Shown here in pieces: positions 23,310-32,000 of a DNA stretch of 32,000 nucleotides; the first letter of the stretch is position 1; each line of letters opens with the position of its first letter. Source of the DNA: Candidatus Saccharimonadota bacterium (lineage in GTDB: Bacteria; Pseudomonadota; Gammaproteobacteria; Burkholderiales; Burkholderiaceae). The translations under genes and the position numbers were made by a program. The stretch is from assembly GCA_000147015.1 (NCBI GenBank), contig CP002161.1:120001-152000 (forward strand). Direction: 5' to 3'. The notes under the pieces were generated by a model. It worked only from the letters and a program-made list of their open reading frames with translations, ran no database searches and was not told the origin of the DNA.

Positions 23310-24632
23310 TATATTAAATTTTCAATATATTTTTAAAAATAAATTTTTATTATTTTTGTAATATTTTTTAAAATATATATTAATTCCTATATTATAAATA
23401 TATATAACTTTATTTTTAATAAAAATAGAAGGTAAAAAAAAAAAATTATTTTTATAATATTTTTTTACTTTTTTTATAGGTTTTTTTTTATTAATTTTTA
23501 TATATATATTTTTTTTTAAATTTTTTAAAAATAAAATTTTATTTTTTAAAAATAAAACAGGTATACCTGTTTTATTTTTTATAAAATATAATTTTCCATT
23601 AAAAATAGGAAAATTTATATATTTTTCTCCTTTTCAATAAAAAAAAAAATTTATTTTTTTAAATATTATATTTTTATTTTTTTTAAAAATAAATAAAATA
23701 TTATTATAAATTTTAATATAAAATTCATTATTTTTTATACATATATTTTTTTTTTTTATTTTATTTTTAAAATTTAAAAGTCATTTTAATGAATATATTA
23801 AAAAATTATTTTTTTTTAAATAATAAAATATTAAATTATTTATTTCTAAATTATTTTTAATTAAATTTATTTTATTTATATAAATATTTTCATTAAAAAT
23901 ATTTTTATTATAATTTTTTTTATATAAAATTTTAAATAATTTTTTATAAAAAAATATATTTTTTTTTAAATTATTTAATTTTTTTATAAAATTTGGAAAA
24001 TAATTTAAAATAAAAGGAATAATTTTATTTCTTAAAATATTTCTTTTATAATAGATATTATAATTTGTTTTATCATTAATAAATTTTATTTTATATATTT
24101 TAGAATATTTTTTTATATATATTTTAGATAAATTTAAAAAAGGTCTTATTATTTTTATATTATTTAAAATATTAATATTTTTAATATTAATTATATTAAA
24201 TAAATTACAACCTCTTAAAATATTTAAAAAAATATTTTCTATTAAATCTAACTTATGATGAGCTAATAATACATATTTTATATTGTTTTTTTTACAATAA
24301 TTCAAAATTTTTAAGTATCTTTGATCTCTTAATTTTTTTTCTAAATTATTATCTTTATTTTTTTTTATTTTAATAATTTTTATTCTTAAATATTTATATT
24401 TTTTTAAATTTTTTTTTAATTTTTTTTTTAAAAAAAAAAAATTTTTATTAATATTATGATTTATATATATAATAAATATATTTAATTTTTTATTTAAATT
24501 TAATTTATAAATAATATTTAATAAAACAGAAGAATCAATTCCTCCACTATATGCTATAGCAACTTTTTTTTTTTTTTTAAAAAAATTTATATTTAATGTT
24601 TTCTTTAAATGATTTTTTATAATATAGTACAT
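23301..24632 (-). CDS. tilS: tRNA(Ile)-lysidine synthase
   Basis: The track ORF 23781-24632 carries the PP-loop VAIAYSGGIDSSVLL. I checked the extension codon by codon through the TGA codons at 23781, 23634 and 23322 to the TAA at 23301-23303 (443 aa), which adds a TilS-like C-terminal domain. Confidence 0.85.
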
Positions 24633-24652
24633 AATAATAAAATATTATTTTT

Positions 24653-25726
24653 TTATTTATCTAATATTTTTTTTAATTTTATTAATTTTTTTTTTTGAAA
24701 TTTATTTAAATCAATAGGTATTTTTATAAAAACAGAACAATATAAATCACCATAAAAATTAGAATTTACTTTTTTTATTCCTTTATTTTTTAATTTTAAT
24801 ATTGTATTATTTTGAATTCCTTTAGGAATATAAAATAATATTTTTCCATAAAAAGTTGAAATGTTAATTTTACCTCCAAATATAGCTTTATAATAAGAAA
24901 TTGAAATTTTACAAAATAAATCATTTTTTATTCTTTTAAAAAAAATATTATTTTTAATAAAAATTTCAACATAGAGATTTCCATATATTTTTCTATTTTT
25001 ATAAACATTACCAGAATTATATATTTTAATTTTCATACCATTTTCAATACCTTTAGGTATTTTTATATTTATTTTTTTTTTTTTTTTTAATTTTCCATCA
25101 CCATTACAAAATTTACATAATAATCTTACAATTTTACCTTTACCATTACATTTATAACATTTTTGTTTAATATTAAAAAAACTTTTTTGAATATTTAATT
25201 TGCCTTTTCCTTTACATAAATTACATTTTATATAAGATTTTGAACCAGTACCATTACAATTTAAACAAATATCTAAATAATATATTTCTATATATGTATT
25301 TAAACCATTTATAGCTTCATTTAAAGTTATTTTTAATTTATAATATAAATCAATATTTTCATTTAAATCATCATTATTCTTTTTTTTTTTTCTAAAATTA
25401 CTTCATTTATTAATATTTTCATATTCTTCATCTTCTTCATTACTAAAAAATTCACTAAATATATCACTAAAAGTTTCATTAAAATTATTATTTAAATTAT
25501 CATTATAATTTACACTTCCATATTTATCATAATTTTTTCTTTTTATAGGATCAGATAAATTTTCATAAGCTTCTTTTATTTCTTTAAATTTATCTTCTGC
25601 CTCTTTATTATTAGGATTTCTATCTGGGTGATATTTCATAGCTAATTTACGATATGACATTTTTATATCTTCAAAACTTGCATTAGATGATAATCCTAAA
25701 ATTTCATAATAATCTTTTTTTTTCAT
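24653..25726 (-). CDS. dnaJ: chaperone DnaJ
   Basis: The J domain (DYYEILGL...YHPDRN) at 25403-25726 and the C-terminal fragment 24653-25036 are in the same frame, joined through a TGA. The joining segment encodes four CxxCxGxG zinc-finger repeats ([32 protein letters not shown]). 357 aa. Confidence 0.9.
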
Positions 25727-25731
25727 ATTTT

Positions 25732-28163
<2,432 letters not shown>

Positions 28164-28230
28164 TTTTTTATTTTTTAAAAATATTATAATATAAAATAAT
28201 AATTATTATTATTAAAAAAATTTAAAAATA

Positions 28231-28303
28231 GATTTGATAGCTCAGTAGGTAGAGCAAAGGACTGAAAATCCTTGTGTCAGTGGTTCAATTCCACTTCAAA
28301 TCA
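28231..28303 (+). tRNA. tRNA-Phe (anticodon GAA), copy 1
   Basis: 73-nt cloverleaf: GATTTGA TA GCTC AGTAGGTA GAGC A AAGGA CTGAAAA TCCTT GTGTC AGTGG TTCAATT CCACT TCAAATC A. Confidence 0.92.
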
Positions 28304-28326
28304 AAATAAAATAATAAAATAAAAAT

Positions 28327-28399
28327 GATTTGATAGCTCAGTAGGTAGAGCAAAGGACTGAAAATCCTTGTGTCAGTGGTTCAATTCCACTTCAAATCA
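28327..28399 (+). tRNA. tRNA-Phe (anticodon GAA), copy 2
   Basis: Identical to copy 1 at 73 of 73 positions. It starts 96 nt downstream of copy 1 and is separated from it by a 23-nt A/T spacer. Confidence 0.92.
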
Positions 28400-28401
28400 A
28401 A

Positions 28402-29490
28402 TTAATAAAAATTATATATTATAGGATAAAATATAAACATTTTTAAAATTACCATACAAAAACATGAATATTTATCTATATCTAATCTTAATTCTTTTAT
28501 TCCTTGTAATAATATTTGATATAATATTAATATTTCTTCTTTTTTTATATTTCTAGAAATTTTTAAGATATCTTTTTCATATTTTATTTTTTTATATATA
28601 TTTTTTTTTATTTCTTTTATAAAAAATATTTTTTGTAATAAAACAGATAAATCTTTTAAAAATAAAGAATAAGAAAAATTTAATTTTTTTAAATTATTTA
28701 AAAAAAATATTAATTTATTTTTATCTTTTTTTATTATTATTATTTTTAATATATTTATTAAATAATAAAAATCTAAAATACCTAAAATATTTTGTACATT
28801 TTTTATTTTAATTATATTATTTTTATTATACATTAATTGTTCTGTTAAATTTAAAGCATTTCTCATTGAACCTAATGAATTTTTAGCTATTAATTTTATA
28901 GCATTTTTTTCATATTTTATATTTTCAATTTTTAATATTTTTGAAATATTTTTAAAAATTTCCTTATTTTTAATTAATTTTAAATTAAAAATAAAACATC
29001 TTGATAAAATAGTTTTTGGTATTTTTTTTGGTTTAGTAGTAGCAAATATAAATTTTACATATTTAGGAGGTTCTTCTATTATTTTTAATATAGAATCAAA
29101 TGCATAATTAGTTAACATATGTATTTCATCTATCATATAAATTTTATATTTATTAATAGGTATATAATTAATATATTTAAAAATATTTTTTATTTTATTA
29201 ATTCCTCTATTAGAGGCAGCATTTATTTCTAAATAATCTATACATTTATCTTTATTAATAGAAATACAACTTTTACATTTATTACAAGGTTCATTAATAT
29301 TTAAATTTTTACAATTCATAGATTTTGCTAATATTCTAGATAAACTTGTTTTTCCTATACCACTATTTCCTATAAATAAAAAATTATTATGAAATTTTTT
29401 TTTTTTTATACAATTTTTAAAAAAAGATATTATATGTTTTTGTCCTAATATTTCTTTAAAAAACATAGGACGATATTTTAATACTAACAT
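28402..29490 (-). CDS. dnaX: DNA polymerase III subunit gamma/tau (short, gamma-like)
   Basis: 362-aa ORF ending at a genuine TAA. Motifs present: KYRPMFFKEILGQ, GNSGIGKTSLSRILAK (Walker A), the zinc module CNKCKSC, MIDEIHML (Walker B), and SRC. Confidence 0.9.
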   Translation of the reverse strand: MLVLKYRPMFFKEILGQKHIISFFKNCIKKKKFHNNFLFIGNSGIGKTSLSRILAKSMNCKNLNINEPCNKCKSCISINKDKCIDYLEINAASNRGINKIKNIFKYINYIPINKYKIYMIDEIHMLTNYAFDSILKIIEEPPKYVKFIFATTKPKKIPKTILSRCFIFNLKLIKNKEIFKNISKILKIENIKYEKNAIKLIAKNSLGSMRNALNLTEQLMYNKNNIIKIKNVQNILGILDFYYLINILKIIIIKKDKNKLIFFLNNLKKLNFSYSLFLKDLSVLLQKIFFIKEIKKNIYKKIKYEKDILKISRNIKKEEILILYQILLQGIKELRLDIDKYSCFCMVILKMFIFYPIIYNFY

Positions 29491-29513
29491 TTTTTAAAAT
29501 ATTTAAAAATAAA

Positions 29514-29858
29514 ATGATTATAAAAAAAATATTTTTTTTTGATATAATAATTATATTAAATAAAAAAAATAAAAATATAAAAAAAACTATAAAATCATTA
29601 ATATTAAGTGGTTTTAAAATTACTTTTATAATAAAAAATAAAAAATTAAAAAATTATATATATAAAATATTTAAAAAAAATATATATAAAAAAAATAATT
29701 TTTTTTTAAATTATAATATTATAAAAATAATTAAAAATAAAAATAAAATAATAGGAATTTTAATATTTAATAATTATAAAAAATATTTTTATATAATAAA
29801 AACAAATATAATTATTTTACAAAATATTAAAATAAATATTTTTTTTTATAATTATTAA
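29514..29858 (+). CDS. hypothetical protein (114 aa), possibly the 5' part of a frameshift-split gene
   Basis: ATG ORF divergent from dnaX, with a 23-bp spacer. It ends at TAA 29856-29858, just where another frame opens (see 29852-30562). I recognise no motif. Confidence 0.4.
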   Translation: MIIKKIFFFDIIIILNKKNKNIKKTIKSLILSGFKITFIIKNKKLKNYIYKIFKKNIYKKNNFFLNYNIIKIIKNKNKIIGILIFNNYKKYFYIIKTNIIILQNIKINIFFYNY

Positions 29859-30562
29859 ATAATTTTAAATTATTAGAATTAATATTAAAAATAAATATAA
29901 ATATAAAAAAATATATAAAATTTACAAAAAATATAATAAATTATAAAAAAAAAAATAATTTTAATATAAATAATAATTTTAATAAAAAAAAAATAATAAA
30001 AGGATTATATATATATAAAAACAGTTATTTTTTTTATATATATAAAAAAAATAAAATTAAAAAAATTAATAAAAATAATTTTAAAATTAAAAATATTTTT
30101 TTTATAAACTATATTAAAAATAATTATTTTAAAAAAAAAAGTAATATAATATTAATAAATAGTAATATTAATAAAATAATAAATAAAATAAATAAAAATA
30201 AAATAAACATTAAAATAAAAATCAAAAAAATAAAAAAAAAAATATTAAAATATTATAAAAAATATAAAAAAATAAATATAATTAAAAATATAATTAAAAT
30301 TAATAAAAAATATTATAAAAAAAATATATTATTAAATTTAAACATTAAATTATTAAATTTTAAAAATATATTTTATTTTATAAAATATATTTTTAAAATT
30401 TATAATATTAATAAAAAAAATTACTATTTGTTAAATAAAGATCTTAAATTAATTTATTATTTAAATTTTAAAAAAAAAATAAAACTATATATAAAATTAA
30501 AATTATTTAATATCATAAATAATAAATATTATTCAATTTTTTTAAAAAATGAAAAAAATTAA
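29852..30562 (+). CDS. hypothetical protein; 236-codon stop-free frame with no ATG or GTG start (non-canonical start or 3' part of a split gene)
   Basis: I checked the frame codon by codon. There is a TAA at 29849-51, then 236 sense codons, then a TAA at 30560-62. The only canonical start codon is a TTG at 30428. In the first two dozen nucleotides I checked, the other two forward frames hit stops (TAA 29860, TAG 29874). The product is rich in Lys, Asn and Ile. It overlaps the sucA start by 14 nt. Confidence 0.5.
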   Translation, partial: LLNNFKLLELILKININIKKYIKFTKNIINYKKKNNFNINNNFNKKKIIKGLYIYKNSYFFYIYKKNKIKKINKNNFKIKNIFFINYIKNNYFKKKSNIILINSNINKIINKINKNKINIKIKIKKIKKKILKYYKKYKKINIIKNIIKINKKYYKKNILLNLNIKLLNFKNIFYFIKYIFKIYNINKKNYYLLNKDLKLIYYLNFKKKIKLYIKLKLFNIINNKYYSIFLKNEKN

Positions 30563-32000
30563 AATATCATATGAAAATATTAAATTTATAGAAAATATAA
30601 ATAATTCTTATATAAAAAATAAAAATAAAAAATTTAAAATATTTTTTAAAAAAAATAAAAAAAAAAATAAAAATAATTTAAAATATAAAGTAAAAAAAAT
30701 AATAAATTTTTATCGAAACTTTGGATTTATATATTCAGATATAAATCCTTTAAAAAAAAAAAAAAAATTAAATTTTAATTATTTTAAAATTAAAAAATAT
30801 AAATATAAAATTAATAAATATATTAAAAAATATACATATTTTAAAAATAAAATTAATAATATAAAAAAATTAAAAAAAATTTTGGAAAAAACTTATTGTA
30901 ATAAAATAGGTTATGAATTTAATTATATTAAAAATTATAAAGAAAATAAATGAATTAAAAAAAAAATAGAAAATAAACTAAATAAATATAAATTTAATAA
31001 ATTAGAAAAAAAAGAAATATTAAAATATTTAATATATACAAAAGAATTTGAAAAATGTATAAATAATAAATTTTTAGCTCAAAAGAGATTTTCTTTAGAA
31101 GGTTCTGAAAGTTTTATTATTTTATTAAAATTTTTATTAAAATTTATTAATAAAAAATATAAAATAAACGAAATTATAATTGGAATGGCACATAGAGGAC
31201 GTTTAAATACTTTAGTTAATTTTATGGGAAAAAATATAAATAAAATTTTTAAAGAATTTAAAGGTAAAAAATTAAAAAATAATTTTTCTGGTGATGTTAA
31301 ATATCATAAAGGATATTGTAGTACTATATTATTAAATAATAAAAAAATTTTAAATTTAATTTTATTATATAATCCTTCTCATTTAGAAAAAATAAATCCA
31401 ATATTACAAGGTATTACAAAAAATAGAAAAAATTTTTTTAAAAAAAATATAATACCAATATTAATTCATGGAGATTCATCATTTTCAGGACAAGGCATTG
31501 TAATGGAAACTTTAAATTTACAAAAAATAAATGGTTATTCAAATAACGGAACTATACATATAATAATAAATAACCAAATAGGATTTACAACTTCGAATAA
31601 TAAGAATCAAAGATCAACAAAATTTTGTTCTGATATAGCAAAAATGTTTGAAATGCCTGTATTACATGTTAATAGTAATAGTGTAGAAAAAGTTATTATT
31701 GTATTAAAATTTGCTTTAGATTATAAAATTAAATTTAAAAAAGATATTATAATAAATTTAATATCATATAGAAAATTAGGACATAATGAACAAGATAATC
31801 CCAATATTACTCAACCATTAATGTATAAAAAAATTAAAAATATTAAAGAAATAAAAAAAATATATAATAATAAATTATTAAAAAAAAATATAATTAATAA
31901 TAACTATATTATTAAAATAAAAAATGAATTTTATAATAATATAAAAAATAATAATTTAATAAATTATCCTATAAAAAATATAAAAAATAAAATTTTTTAT
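30549..32000 (+). CDS. sucA: 2-oxoglutarate dehydrogenase E1 component (partial; continues past the window end)
   Basis: The frame runs from the ATG at 30549 through the TGA at 30951-53. Motifs present: YRNFGFIYSDINPL, YCNKIGYEFNYI, QKRFSLEGSESFI, IIGMAHRGRLNTLVNFMGK, SGDVKYHKGY, NPSHLEKINP, LIHGDSSFSGQGIVMETLN, NNQIGFTTS, YRKLGHNEQDNPNITQPLMY. Confidence 0.92.

Larger units (their letters stand above)
28231..28399 (+). repeat. direct tandem duplication (96-nt period) containing the two tRNA-Phe genes
   Basis: Positions 28231-28303 are identical to 28327-28399. The flanking sequences and the spacer are not conserved beyond A/T richness. Confidence 0.9.

Noticed and set aside
28164-28230. TATAAT-like hexamers in the largest intergenic spacer (grpE / tRNA-Phe divergent region), considered as promoters
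   Set aside because: At this A+T content, -10-like hexamers occur everywhere, including inside genes. The sequence alone cannot support a promoter call.
29839-29847. T9 run as a slippage site that could fuse ORF 29514-29858 with the 236-codon frame
   Set aside because: Adding one T shifts reading into the target frame, but that frame has a TAA at 29849-51, downstream of the run. Removing one T leads to a TAA at 29860. A fusing shift would have to occur within 29852-29855, not in the T run.
29859-30548. Apparent short-period A-rich repetition (e.g. aataaaataaataaaaataaaataaac around 30170-30210), considered as a tandem repeat, CRISPR-like array or non-coding spacer
   Set aside because: There are no conserved direct repeats with unique spacers. 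The periodicity is codon-level AAA/AAT/ATA usage within a single stop-free frame, which indicates coding sequence.

Overview
The window is an extremely A+T-rich, almost spacer-free stretch of a highly reduced bacterial genome that reads UGA as Trp (translation table 4). The standard-code ORF track therefore breaks most genes into pieces. I re-joined them by hand translation, so boundaries are hand-derived. Gene content and order look betaproteobacterial (grpE-dnaK-dnaJ, cysI-x-cysH-cysD-cysN-cobA, leuS followed by a holA-like gene, GlnRS, dnaN-gyrB). This fits an obligate insect nutritional endosymbiont of the Candidatus Zinderia/Nasuia type; that placement is inferred from composition, genetic code and synteny, not from a database search. 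I call about 30 protein genes and 4 tRNAs: Thr-UGU, Arg-GCG, and two identical tandem Phe-GAA. I found no rRNA, CRISPR array, mobile element or phage gene. The most notable observations are: (1) a roughly 6 kb sulfate-to-sulfide and siroheme block, including a CbiX-like chelatase gene hidden by an in-frame TGA; (2) two long stop-free frames with no ATG start (8747-9070 minus strand; 29852-30559 plus strand) that look like frameshift-split genes or genes with non-canonical starts, the first overlapping a homopolymer hairpin; (3) a LeuRS whose CP1 editing region lacks its catalytic signatures; (4) a bacterially unusual tRNA-Arg(GCG); (5) a perfect tandem duplication of tRNA-Phe; (6) a truncated fab cluster (rpmF-acpP-fabF only) and dnaN-gyrB without dnaA.
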